Source: an uncultured Pirellulales bacterium
Lineage (GTDB): Bacteria > Planctomycetota > Planctomycetia > Pirellulales > S012-138
Length of the DNA: 64,000 nucleotides
Assembly (NCBI GenBank): GCA_964445985.1
Contig: CAYUMU010000001.1
Location: 71,596-135,595 of the forward strand
Direction: 5' to 3'
The translations under genes were made by a program, and so were the position numbers. Below the pieces are notes generated by a model. It saw only the letters and a program-made list of their open reading frames with translations. It searched no databases and was not told the DNA's origin. Each line of letters starts with the position of its first letter. Position 1 is the stretch's first letter. Below, piece after piece: positions 18,270 through 28,248 of this stretch.

Positions 18270-19601
18270 ATGCACGGCGCAGATCCCAGCTTCATAGTAC
18301 GCGTCACCACCTTTTTAGGTACTTATTACCTGATTTTGGCGGTGATGAACGCCGTTGCGGCGGCCATGTTTCAATACCAATGGAAGCGAACGCCGGCAGC
18401 CCTGGTTTCGCTGGCTGCTGCTTTTCTGTTCGTGCTGCTGGCGGCCTTTTCTTGGAACGGCACTTTGCCCTCGCTGGGGCACGGCATTGAGTCCCTTGCC
18501 ACATCGCTGCTTTCCGGCAAGTGGGGCGCGGTTAGTTATACCATTGGCACCACGGCGGCACTGGTCATCTTGTATCTCGGACGCCGCTTTTTCGCCAAGC
18601 CAGTGGTCGCCTGGGCCGGCTTGAATCTCACGCTGTTGTTGATGGGCCTGTCGATGACGAATCCCTATTTCTGGGAAATCGTCTCCAAGCCCGACAACGT
18701 GCCGATCGTGATGCTGGTCTTGCTGCTCGGCTTTTTCACCTGGCTGGCCACGTGGAAGGCCGTGCAGAACGACGATCGGGCCAGAGAAGGTCTGCCGCCG
18801 CTTGAGAAAGACGATAGCGAAAAGGTTCTGGTATGGCCGGACCTGGTCTATACCGAGCTGATCTGCATGGTGTTATTGACGGCCTTCTTGCTGGTGTGGG
18901 CAATATTGCTCAAGGCGCCTCTCGAGGAACCCGCCAGCAGCGTCAAAACGCCGAACCCTTCCAAGGCGCCCTGGTACTTTCTGGGGCTGCAAGAAATGTT
19001 GGTGTACTTCGATCCCTGGATGGCGGGTGTTTTGCTCCCCAGCTTGGTGATCGTGGGCCTGATGGCCATCCCCTACCTGGATTTCAATAAAGAAGGCAAC
19101 GGTTATTACACCATCGAGAAACGCAAGTTCGCCTATGTGATGTTCCAGGTGGGCTTCTTGGAATTGTGGGTCACCTTGATCGTGCTTGGCACGTTTCTGC
19201 GGGGGCCAAACTGGAACTTCTTCAGTCCATTTGAGTACTGGGACGCCCACAAGGTCGAAGCCGGCAATAACGTGAATTTGTCCGACTATTTTTGGATCAA
19301 CTTCATGGGCGCCAGCGTGCCGCGGGTGACCTCCGATATGGGCGTGATGGAATCGTTGCTCGTCATCTTTAAACGAGAAGGGTTGGGTATTATTTTATGC
19401 CTGGGCTACTTGATCGTCTTGCCACCGCTCATGGCGGCGACGGTGCTCCGGCCCTTCTTTGTGAAGATGGGGTTCATCCGCTACATGGTTCTGGCGAACT
19501 TGATCCTGTTTATGGCGGCCCTGCCTATCAAGATGGTGCTGCGGTGGACGTTGGACTTGAAGTACCTCGTCTACATCCCTGAGTTTTTCATCAATATATA
19601 A
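18270..19601 (+). CDS. cytochrome b C-terminal / subunit IV-like polytopic membrane subunit (extended)
   Basis: Multi-TM protein containing the PetD/cyt b C-terminal motif KAPWYFLGLQEMLVYF. The start is uncertain (TTG at 18249 or ATG at 18270). Confidence 0.8.
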   Translation: MHGADPSFIVRVTTFLGTYYLILAVMNAVAAAMFQYQWKRTPAALVSLAAAFLFVLLAAFSWNGTLPSLGHGIESLATSLLSGKWGAVSYTIGTTAALVILYLGRRFFAKPVVAWAGLNLTLLLMGLSMTNPYFWEIVSKPDNVPIVMLVLLLGFFTWLATWKAVQNDDRAREGLPPLEKDDSEKVLVWPDLVYTELICMVLLTAFLLVWAILLKAPLEEPASSVKTPNPSKAPWYFLGLQEMLVYFDPWMAGVLLPSLVIVGLMAIPYLDFNKEGNGYYTIEKRKFAYVMFQVGFLELWVTLIVLGTFLRGPNWNFFSPFEYWDAHKVEAGNNVNLSDYFWINFMGASVPRVTSDMGVMESLLVIFKREGLGIILCLGYLIVLPPLMAATVLRPFFVKMGFIRYMVLANLILFMAALPIKMVLRWTLDLKYLVYIPEFFINI

Positions 19602-19672
19602 CCGACGGCTTGGCGATTGACCCAAGCCGCTCGCTTCCCGATCAGGCCCCATGATGGCTCCGGAGAGGGCAA

Positions 19673-22600
19673 ATGCCCGCTAACGAACAGACCTGGCGCA
19701 ACCAAACTCAGATGCACTTGATCTTTGGGATCTCTTCCGCGGCCATGTTGGTGGCTACGGTGTGGATGATCGCCGACGATCACAATCGTGAGTGGAAGAC
19801 CTACCAGGAAACCTACTACGAAGATCTCGAAACCTGGACGTTGCAATCGCGCATCTACCAGCAGATGGCCACCGATTATGAAGGCGGTCGTCGCGCGCGT
19901 GCGGACGTGCTTCAACAACAGAAAGAACTGGCCCCGCCGGCCGAGTTCGGCGAACTGTTTTTGTTGTATGTCGCGCGGCACGCCGTGATGCAGCAGGCCA
20001 GTGCCGCCGCTGGCAGGCCAGGGTCCGAAAACGCGCTCCCCGATGCGTCCCCCGGAACCGACCGTTTCTATGCGGCGAACCAGACTGCCGCCATCGCCTT
20101 GGAATTGAACGCCGAGGCGGCAGATTTGGCCGTCAACTTGGAAATCGACCGCCGCTCGGTCGATCTGGAAGCTGACCCACGGCGAAGAGCCATCTTGGAA
20201 GGCCAAATTGCAGCGGCTGAAAAGCGGCTGGCCACGGTTCAACAACGGCTTCAACAGCAGGTTCAAGCAGCGGCTCCCCTGGTTCGCGAACTACTGGAAG
20301 AATACAGGCAACAGTTGCCAGCCAACCGCGGTCGTTTGCTGGGCGACGTACAACAGTCCCTGGAAGTCGCCGTGCAACAGCCTTCGGCCGAGCATCGAGC
20401 GCAGTTGACTCGGGAACTGGATGCCATCGTCAAGAATGCGCTGTTCAGCGAAGAAGTTCTTCAACGCGACCTCAAGTTCCTCCGCGCCGAGCTCGATGAA
20501 GCTCGCAGCGCTTTCAACCTGGCCTTTGGCAACGATGCCCCCCAGGCCGAGCTCGGCGCTCTCCAAGCCAAAGCCGATCAGTTCACCGCCCGCACCAGCG
20601 ACCTGAATGCTCGCTACGAAGCCGCCAAGACGTATCGCGAACGTTTGGAGAAATCGCGAGACGCGGTCAATGCTCGGGTGAATGTGGCGCAAAAGAGTTT
20701 GGACCGCTACGAAACAGAAATGGAAAGATTGCGAGCGCAGCTGGCTCGCAGTAAGCCGGGCGTGGGCAAAGACCTGATCAACATGCCCATCCTCGACGCC
20801 TTTAGCAAAGAAGGCGATATCAAGGTTCGCCAGATTTGGCTGCCAGAGCTAACCATCAACTTCAACTTCAAAGATGTCGCCCGCTTCGACCGCTGCATGA
20901 CGTGCCACTTGGGCATCGAGAAAACGGCGCCGGGATCGGCGGTCGCCGCCGGTTATCCAGCCGAACAGATCTTGCCCGGCCTGATGCTGGAAAGCCCTGC
21001 CGAGCCGCCCCTGCTATCGCCGGCCGAAGGCGAAGACCCGAACTCCTCGTCGGCCCTGTTGATCCCCAACGAGTTGGACCTGGAAACGCAGAATCAGTTG
21101 TTGCTGCAGGCTTACGGTTTCAGCCTGGCCCCCCAGGGCGTTTTCCGTGCCGATGACGCCACGATTGAGTTCGTGATGGATCGGAGCCGAGCTGCCAACG
21201 CGCGACTGCAACGCGGCGACGTCATCCTCAGCATCGGCTCTCGAGAAGTGCTCAATCGCGGCGAGGCCGCCGACCTCCTGCTGGGCGTGGTCCAATGGGG
21301 ACAACCGCTCGAGCTGAAGATTCGTCGTGGCGTACCCCAGCCTTATAGCACGCACCCCCGCTTGGATTTGTTCGGCGCTTCCACCAGCCCTCACTCCTTC
21401 GCGGCGATTGGCTGCACCGTTTGCCACGATGGCCAAGGTAGCGCCACGGCCTTCAAATGGGCGTCCCACACGCCCAACACGGTGGAAGAAGAACACCGTT
21501 GGACGCGTGAGTATGGTTGGTTCAACAACCACCACTGGATTTTTCCGATGATGCCCAAGCGGTTCTCGGAAAGCCTGTGCCTGAAGTGCCATCACGACGT
21601 GGTGGAGCTTTCCCCCAGCGAACGGTTTGCCGAGCCTCCCGCCCCGAAACTTATGGAAGGCTTCAATCTGGTTCAAGAGTACGGCTGCTTCGGCTGCCAC
21701 GAAATCAAAGGCTTTGATGGGCCGAATCGGCGCATCGGTCCCGACCTGCGGCTGGAGCCCGGCTATGCTTTCGCCGGATTGGCGCTCTTTGCGAATCCCA
21801 AGCTCTATACCGACGCAACCTATCGCAAAGATCATCCGGAGAGCTATCAACAGCGTCTCCAGCAGATCTTCGGCCCCAACGTCGTGGTTAAAGACGGTAA
21901 GCCTGGTTTCAAAAATGAGTCGCCCCGCGGCGATGAAGAGTTGGCTGCCTTCGCCGAACAGTTGCAGAAGCTGGCAGGCGACATTGTGGACAACCCCTCC
22001 AACGACACCTCGCGGCGGCGGTTGGTGCAGTTGCTGCAAGAAGACGAAGCGCGTGCCCGAAATCCGATTTCGCTCGAGCCTCCTTTCCTCAGCGCCGAAC
22101 AACACCGCCTGGCTCTCGTCCTGGCCGACACCGATACCCCAGGCGCCATGCGGCCGGTTGGCCCAAGCTTGCGATATCTGTCGCATAAGCTCAGCAAGGA
22201 GTTCGTGTTCAGCTGGATTCAGAATCCTCGCGATTTCCGCCCACAAACTAAAATGCCGCGATTCTTTGGCCTGGATGAACACCTGCTCCAGAAGGAAGTT
22301 TCAGAAGGCGAGGCATTCGGCAATACGGTCGATGAACCAGCTCACACGCACAAGATGGAAGCCATCGAGATCAGGGCGCTTACCGAGTACCTGCTGACTT
22401 CGAGCCAGCCCTTCATTCAGGCCGTGCAGCCAGAAGGTGTCACCGAGCAGGCTTCGGCGGAGCGTGGTAAAGACCTGTTCGCCAATCGTGGCTGCCTGGC
22501 TTGCCACCAGCACACGGCCTTCCCCGATCCGTTGCTCAAGGCCGACCAAGGACCCGATCTGTCGAACATCGGCACCAAGTTGCAAACCGGGGGCCAAGAA

Positions 22601-24613
22601 GCAGGCGAAAAAGGTGCCCGCTGGCTTTATACCTGGCTGAAGAATCCCTCGCACTACTCGGTGCGAACCAAAATGCCCAACATGCTGCTGGACCCCATCA
22701 CCGATCGAGAAGGCAAGGTGAGCGACCCGGCCGCCGATATTGCCTTGTTCCTGATGGGTTCGACCAACAACTGGCAGCCCGCGCCGTTGCCGCGCATCGA
22801 TCAAGAAGCCCTGGACCGTTTGGCGCTCGATCACTTGCAAGGGGTGTTCACCCGTCAGCAAGCCCAACAGTACTTGCAGACGGGCATCCCGCTGGAATTG
22901 GCCTCGGAAATCAAGGGCGACGAAGGAGAACTCTTGGGCCGGTTCCAGAACGAAACGGAACGGGTCAACAAGATCTTAAGATTTGTGGGTTCGCGAACCG
23001 TGCGCAAGTATGGTTGCTTTGCCTGTCACGATGTTCCTGGCATGGAAACGGCCAAACCCATCGGCACCGCCCTGGCAGACTGGGGACGCAAGGAACCTTC
23101 CAAGATCGCGTTCAACCAGATTGGCCAATTCGTCAAGCACACCGACCCCGATGTCGTCGTCGCGGGTCCCGGTGGCGAGCCCCATCTCCAATTGGAAGGC
23201 ATGAAGAACAAAGACAAAGCATTCTTCTTGCACGCCTTGCTAGGACACCACCGCGAAGGCTTCTTGTGGCAAAAACTACGGGCTCCGCGAAGTTTCGATT
23301 ACGAAATGACGCAGAACCAGCGCTACGACGAACGACTGCGAATGCCGCAGTTCCCCTTTGACGATAAACAGCGCGAAGCGGTGATGACCTTTGTGCTTGG
23401 GCTGGTCGCCGAGCCGCCGGCCGATCAATTCGTGTATCAGGCCGATCCCCGTCAGAAGGCGCTGAACTCCGGTCGGGCCGTGATTGAAAAGTTCAATTGC
23501 GGCGGTTGTCATACGCTCGATATGCCCAAGTATACCTTTACGTACGACCCCAGTTCCCCCCTCTATTCCAAGCAACAGCCCCCAGCGCCCGACGATTTCC
23601 ACGCGCTGTTCAAGCCGCATTACACGCCGCGGCAAGTCAGTGCTTCACGAGACATCGATTCGCGAGGGCTAGGCACGGCGACCATTTCTGCCATGCGAAG
23701 CGAAGGCCCACGGCCCGGTGAGTTGGGCACCGATGAAGATGACGAGGGCAACGAGGTCTACCTCTTTACCCTGTGGCAAGACGCGTTGATCGACGGCAAT
23801 TACTGGCTGAGCGGGGATCGCGGTTTCCGGGTCGTGCCCAGTTCGCTAATTCCCAACCCCAGCGAGCCGAGCCGGCCAGCCTGGGGTGGCGATTTCGCTC
23901 GCTGGCTCTATCCGCGCGTCGTTGAGCAGCGTAATCCTAAAGACTTGCCCAGTGCCTGGGGCTACGTACCTCCTCCCCTGATGGGAGAGGGCACGAAGGT
24001 TCAGCCTGCCTGGCTTTACGATTTCCTCCTTGAACCCTATCCCATTCGGCCCGCGGTCGTGTTGCGGATGCCAAAGTTTAATTTCTCGCCCCACGAAACG
24101 TCAGCGCTCGTTGATTTCTTCGCGGCCCGCGACAACGCCAAATACCCCTACGACTTTGTCGATCGCAAGAACGACCAACAGTTGGCTGCCAAGGCGGAGG
24201 AATACCCGCAACGGTTGGACGACGCGCTGAAGATCATCACCAACCGCAACTATTGCGTGGCTTGCCATCTGGTCGGCGATTTTGCCCCGGATGGCGGGGC
24301 CGAGGCTCTGGCGCCGAACCTGGATCAGGTTCATTCGCGACTCCGGCCCGACTACCTCGAACGCTGGATCGCCAATCCCAAGCACATCTTGCCGTATACG
24401 GCCATGTTCTCGGTAATCAAGCCCGAGCAACCGATTCGGCCAGACAAGTTCCAGGGCGAGGTGGGCGAACTGATCAAACAAGGAACACCCATGCAACAGA
24501 TCGACGCCATCGTTGACCTGCTGCTTAATTACGATCGCTACATGAAAAACCAGGTATCCATCAAGCCCCTGATTCAAGGATCGGCTCCAGCGGAAACCGA
24601 GGCGGACCAATAA
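19673..24613 (+). CDS. membrane-anchored octahaem c-type cytochrome with coiled-coil and PDZ-like segments (1646 aa)
   Basis: GGAGAGGG RBS. N-terminal TM helix (LIFGISSAAMLVATVWMI). Eight CxxCH motifs: CMTCH (nt 20894), CTVCH, CLKCH, CFGCH, CLACH, CFACH, CGGCH, CVACH. Class-I-like contexts are present (GCFGCHEIKG…IGPDL; GCLACHQH…GPDLSNIG). Confidence 0.9.
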   Translation: MPANEQTWRNQTQMHLIFGISSAAMLVATVWMIADDHNREWKTYQETYYEDLETWTLQSRIYQQMATDYEGGRRARADVLQQQKELAPPAEFGELFLLYVARHAVMQQASAAAGRPGSENALPDASPGTDRFYAANQTAAIALELNAEAADLAVNLEIDRRSVDLEADPRRRAILEGQIAAAEKRLATVQQRLQQQVQAAAPLVRELLEEYRQQLPANRGRLLGDVQQSLEVAVQQPSAEHRAQLTRELDAIVKNALFSEEVLQRDLKFLRAELDEARSAFNLAFGNDAPQAELGALQAKADQFTARTSDLNARYEAAKTYRERLEKSRDAVNARVNVAQKSLDRYETEMERLRAQLARSKPGVGKDLINMPILDAFSKEGDIKVRQIWLPELTINFNFKDVARFDRCMTCHLGIEKTAPGSAVAAGYPAEQILPGLMLESPAEPPLLSPAEGEDPNSSSALLIPNELDLETQNQLLLQAYGFSLAPQGVFRADDATIEFVMDRSRAANARLQRGDVILSIGSREVLNRGEAADLLLGVVQWGQPLELKIRRGVPQPYSTHPRLDLFGASTSPHSFAAIGCTVCHDGQGSATAFKWASHTPNTVEEEHRWTREYGWFNNHHWIFPMMPKRFSESLCLKCHHDVVELSPSERFAEPPAPKLMEGFNLVQEYGCFGCHEIKGFDGPNRRIGPDLRLEPGYAFAGLALFANPKLYTDATYRKDHPESYQQRLQQIFGPNVVVKDGKPGFKNESPRGDEELAAFAEQLQKLAGDIVDNPSNDTSRRRLVQLLQEDEARARNPISLEPPFLSAEQHRLALVLADTDTPGAMRPVGPSLRYLSHKLSKEFVFSWIQNPRDFRPQTKMPRFFGLDEHLLQKEVSEGEAFGNTVDEPAHTHKMEAIEIRALTEYLLTSSQPFIQAVQPEGVTEQASAERGKDLFANRGCLACHQHTAFPDPLLKADQGPDLSNIGTKLQTGGQEAGEKGARWLYTWLKNPSHYSVRTKMPNMLLDPITDREGKVSDPAADIALFLMGSTNNWQPAPLPRIDQEALDRLALDHLQGVFTRQQAQQYLQTGIPLELASEIKGDEGELLGRFQNETERVNKILRFVGSRTVRKYGCFACHDVPGMETAKPIGTALADWGRKEPSKIAFNQIGQFVKHTDPDVVVAGPGGEPHLQLEGMKNKDKAFFLHALLGHHREGFLWQKLRAPRSFDYEMTQNQRYDERLRMPQFPFDDKQREAVMTFVLGLVAEPPADQFVYQADPRQKALNSGRAVIEKFNCGGCHTLDMPKYTFTYDPSSPLYSKQQPPAPDDFHALFKPHYTPRQVSASRDIDSRGLGTATISAMRSEGPRPGELGTDEDDEGNEVYLFTLWQDALIDGNYWLSGDRGFRVVPSSLIPNPSEPSRPAWGGDFARWLYPRVVEQRNPKDLPSAWGYVPPPLMGEGTKVQPAWLYDFLLEPYPIRPAVVLRMPKFNFSPHETSALVDFFAARDNAKYPYDFVDRKNDQQLAAKAEEYPQRLDDALKIITNRNYCVACHLVGDFAPDGGAEALAPNLDQVHSRLRPDYLERWIANPKHILPYTAMFSVIKPEQPIRPDKFQGEVGELIKQGTPMQQIDAIVDLLLNYDRYMKNQVSIKPLIQGSAPAETEADQ

Positions 24614-24898
24614 ACCCGCCAGCAGCGGGCGTCTGTGACAATATGCCGCAGAACCGCCAAGGCAGGATTGGATATGATGACAGCAGGCAACAGAGTTTGA
24701 CGCGCAAAACGGGGGATCGGCTCGTATAATGGCAGGCCGATCGCGTGGCGCGATCGACGGCGTTGGTCACTCCATCAGGCGAGTCGGCGTCGTCCCACCC
24801 CCCGCAGGATTGTCACCCCAGGACCAACGGGTGAGACCTCAACGACCCTTGTGCCACCCGGGAAGAGTGGTTGCGAGCGAGTCAGGAGAAACTGGAAG

Positions 24899-25663
24899 AT
24901 GCTACATCGATTGTTTATCAAACCAGCCGCGATCTTCGGTTTTGCCCTCTGGACGATTTCCGGCGTTGCTTCCGCGGCCGATTGGGCCAACTTGAAGGCC
25001 ACGTTCGTCTATGATGGCAAGCCTCCCGTCGCCAAGCCCATTCAAATCAATAAGGACCAGGAAGCCTTTGGCAATCTGGGACTGGTCGACGAATCTTTGC
25101 TGGTTAGCAAAGATGGCGGCATTGCCAACATTGTGGTCTATGTTCGCACGCCCGATGTCGCAGTGAGCCCGGAGATCGAGAAAAACATCAAGCCCCAGGT
25201 AAAGTTTGATAACAATGGCGGCCGATTCGAGCCGCACATTCTGCCGGTCTGGATCGAGAAGCAGCAGGTTGTACTGCACAACAGCGACCCCGTTCCCCAC
25301 AATGCCAACCTGCAACCGTTGGGCGACGAAGGCAAGAACCCCCTGCTCCCACCCAACACCGAAGTGGATCACCGGTTCAATCGCCAGCAAATCATTCCGG
25401 TGCCTGTAACCTGCAACATTCATCCCTGGATGAAGGGCTACATTCTCCCGCGCAGTAACCCCTATGTGGCTATTAGCGATAAAGATGGCAACCTGGTTCT
25501 GGAAAACCTGCCGGCCGGAACCGAACTGGAATTCCAGGTTTGGCACGAACGGGCCGGCTATTTGGATTTTGGCGCATGGGCTCGAGGGCGCGTCACCATG
25601 AAGCTCAAGGCCGGCGACAACGACCTGGGCAAGATCAAGGTGCCCCCGGCCGTTTTTAAGTGA
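24899..25663 (+). CDS. secreted cupredoxin-like (amicyanin-type loop) protein with a C-terminal CarboxypepD_reg-like beta-sandwich, paralogue A
   Basis: ATG at 24899 (AGGAGA upstream) followed by a signal peptide. Putative type-1 Cu ligands: NSDPVPHN … CNIHPWM (C-x2-H-x2-M, as in amicyanin CTPHPFM). C-terminal ISDKDGNLVLENLPAGTELEFQVWHE. Confidence 0.7.
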   Translation: MLHRLFIKPAAIFGFALWTISGVASAADWANLKATFVYDGKPPVAKPIQINKDQEAFGNLGLVDESLLVSKDGGIANIVVYVRTPDVAVSPEIEKNIKPQVKFDNNGGRFEPHILPVWIEKQQVVLHNSDPVPHNANLQPLGDEGKNPLLPPNTEVDHRFNRQQIIPVPVTCNIHPWMKGYILPRSNPYVAISDKDGNLVLENLPAGTELEFQVWHERAGYLDFGAWARGRVTMKLKAGDNDLGKIKVPPAVFK

Positions 25664-25816
25664 AATGATCGAAATTCTGGCGCGGCTGGGGAGGACCATC
25701 TCCAGCGGTTCGCCAGGGTGGCCAAATTAGAAATCAAGTCTCGCCAGGCGGTGGACCAATGCCCCCCTGGCGAGACAGTTTTGCTTGCTCCTCCCCCCTA
25801 CGTTTCGCAACCCACC

Positions 25817-26713
25817 ATGTATTTCAAGAAGATAATCACCATCGCCTTCGCAACTGTCCTGCTGGCCGCCACGGGATGCGGTGATAGTTCCCGCTCCAGC
25901 CGGGCTCCGGCTCCCAACCGCGCCGTGGTTGACAATCTCCGCGGCAAGACTGGTGGCAGTGAAAGCGGCGACGAAAGCGCTGGCGGCGGCATGGACAAAG
26001 CCGACGGTTGGGGCACCCTCAAGGGCCGCCTGGTTTACGGCGGCAGCCCTCCGCCGCAATTGCCCGTATCCGTTACCAAAGACGTGCAATTCTGCGGTCA
26101 GCATCAATTGCTGGAGCAGACCTTGGTGATTGCTCCCGATGGCGCCGTGAAAGACATCGTGCTCTACCTCCGCACACGCAATCCCAAGGTGCATGAATCG
26201 TACGAAGCCAAGATCAAGGAACCCATTGTTTTCGACAATCACAACTGCCAGTTTGAGCCGCATGTTCTGCTCGTGCATACCGGCCAGCCCATGCAGATCC
26301 TTAACTCCGACCCGGTTGCCCACAATACCAGCGTGCAATTGCAGCGCAATCCATCCTTCAGCACGGGCGTGGCTTCCAACCAGCGCGTGGTGCAAACCAT
26401 GGATGTGGCCGAAACCTATCCCGCACCCGCGGCTTGCAATGTGCATCCTTGGATGGGTGGCTGGATCGTTGTGAAAGACAACCCCTACATGGCGGCTTCC
26501 GACGACAAAGGCAACTTCGTTATCGAGAACCTTCCCGCTGGCGTGGAGCTTGAGTTTCAAGTTTGGCACGAAAAGGGATCCGGCAACCAGGGAAGCGTGG
26601 ATGGCTCGAGTTCCAACGCTAAAATCAGCAGCGGTCGATTGAAGGTGACCATCCCCAAAGACGGCGAGTTGGATCTTGGAGACATCACGGTTCCCGCCTC
26701 GTCGTTCCGGTAA
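25817..26713 (+). CDS. cupredoxin-like lipoprotein, paralogue B of 24899-25663
   Basis: ATG at 25817 gives MYFKKIITIAFATVLLAATGC (lipobox). Same conserved blocks as paralogue A: NSDPVAHN, CNVHPWM, SDDKGNFVIENLPAGVELEFQVWHE. Confidence 0.7.
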   Translation: MYFKKIITIAFATVLLAATGCGDSSRSSRAPAPNRAVVDNLRGKTGGSESGDESAGGGMDKADGWGTLKGRLVYGGSPPPQLPVSVTKDVQFCGQHQLLEQTLVIAPDGAVKDIVLYLRTRNPKVHESYEAKIKEPIVFDNHNCQFEPHVLLVHTGQPMQILNSDPVAHNTSVQLQRNPSFSTGVASNQRVVQTMDVAETYPAPAACNVHPWMGGWIVVKDNPYMAASDDKGNFVIENLPAGVELEFQVWHEKGSGNQGSVDGSSSNAKISSGRLKVTIPKDGELDLGDITVPASSFR

Positions 26714-26849
26714 AAAGCCAAATGTATCTGCCCCGATAACCGACTCAACGGGGCGCTACTTGATCCGAATCACAACCCTTATGGTTGCATACAGACAAAC
26801 TTCCGGCGGGCTTCGCTCGCTTCATGAACTGGTGGATGGCAGTCAAGCA

Positions 26850-28160
26850 ATGGAAAAATTGACCCACAACGTGCAGGGGAGGGCGCCCATGCTTCAGGCA
26901 AAGGTGACTCGCGCCTCGCGTCCAAATCTTGCGCGCTGGAACTTGGCGATCTGGAACATTGCGATCTGGTGTGGAATCAGCGTCTGCCTGGCCGCGTCGG
27001 GTTGCGGCAGCAGCGATGTTCAGTTTGGCCTCAACCGGTTGATTGTGCCGCCGACCAATCTGGTGGTGACCAGCGAAGAAAGTGTTCTGGCCCAGCAGAA
27101 TCTCTCCACCGCGGAGGTGGAGGAAAAGCTGGACGCCTTGGATGAAACGTATCGCCGCAATGAAGAAATGTTGACCAGCGCGCTGGTTGCCGTCTTCGGC
27201 ACGCCCGATGATCCTTTCGCTTGGCCTGGCCTGGGGCTCGACATTCGCAAGCTGCGTATGGCCGCCGGCCCCACGGGGGTGCGCGGCGTTACCCGTGGCC
27301 TCTACCGCGAACACTGCGTGCATTGTCATGGCATCAATGGCGACGGGCTGGGTCCCACCGCGCGATTCCTCAATCCGTATCCGCGAAACTTTCAGCTCGG
27401 TGTGTTCAAGTTCACGTCCACCAATCAGGGCCGCAAGCCCACCATGGGCGATTTGCATCAAACTCTTCGCGATGGTATCCCTGGCACCGCAATGCCTTCC
27501 TTCAAGTTGAATTCGACCGCTGAAGTGGAAGCCTTGGCCGAATACGCCAAATACCTTTCAATTCGCGGTGAAGTGCAATTGCAATTGATGACCGCCTTTC
27601 AAGCGGCAGGCGGGGCCGTGGATGAGAAAACGCTCGAGGAAGAATTGAATGTCGTCCTGGAACTTGTCGGCAAGTCCTGGGGCGATGCACCCGAATATGT
27701 CGTGATCCCCGCGCAACGTCCCCCATTTCGCAGCGAGCAAGAAAAGCTGGACTCCATTGCCCGCGGCAAGGCGATCTTTCTCAATGCCGGCAAGGCAAAT
27801 TGCCTGGGCTGTCATGGCCCCACCGGTCTAGGAGATGGCGGCCAGGTCGATTACGACGTGTGGACGAAAATGCAGCGTGAGCAGGTCGCCCGTTTTCCAG
27901 GGTTGGCCAACTATTGGCCCCTTCCCGTCCGCCCCGCCGAAGCCCGCAATTTGCATCTAGGCATTTATCGCGGTGGAAGACGCCCCGTGGACTTGTATCG
28001 CAGAATTTACGCCGGCATCAAGGGAACGCCCATGCCGGCTCAAGGCCAAACGCTCAAGTCCGACGAAATTTGGAGCGTGGTGGATTATGTGATGTCGTTG
28101 CCGTACCAGCATGAATCGCCCCAGGCGATCGCTCCCACGGCACACCGAGTTGGCCTGTAA
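26850..28160 (+). CDS. dihaem c-type cytochrome, probable lipoprotein
   Basis: Two CxxCH motifs in class-I contexts (YREHCVHCHGINGDGLGP… and KANCLGCHGPTGLGDG…). TM/lipobox-like segment (IWCGISVCLAASGCGSS). The start is uncertain (ATG at 26850 or 26892; the ORF-track start is 26676). Confidence 0.8.
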   Translation: MEKLTHNVQGRAPMLQAKVTRASRPNLARWNLAIWNIAIWCGISVCLAASGCGSSDVQFGLNRLIVPPTNLVVTSEESVLAQQNLSTAEVEEKLDALDETYRRNEEMLTSALVAVFGTPDDPFAWPGLGLDIRKLRMAAGPTGVRGVTRGLYREHCVHCHGINGDGLGPTARFLNPYPRNFQLGVFKFTSTNQGRKPTMGDLHQTLRDGIPGTAMPSFKLNSTAEVEALAEYAKYLSIRGEVQLQLMTAFQAAGGAVDEKTLEEELNVVLELVGKSWGDAPEYVVIPAQRPPFRSEQEKLDSIARGKAIFLNAGKANCLGCHGPTGLGDGGQVDYDVWTKMQREQVARFPGLANYWPLPVRPAEARNLHLGIYRGGRRPVDLYRRIYAGIKGTPMPAQGQTLKSDEIWSVVDYVMSLPYQHESPQAIAPTAHRVGL

Positions 28161-28248
28161 GAGATATCAACCGAAGACTCGCGGAGTGGCCGCCGATTTC
28201 CCCACGGCAAACAGGCGGCGCCGCATAGCACCCCCTAGGGAGTAGCAC

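Noticed and set aside
21014-22282. 422-aa minus-strand ORF, plus the other 100-290-aa ORFs inside 19673-24613
   Set aside because: They are antisense or out of frame relative to the octahaem cytochrome, whose frame carries eight CxxCH motifs in sensible contexts. The alternatives have none and are compositionally biased.
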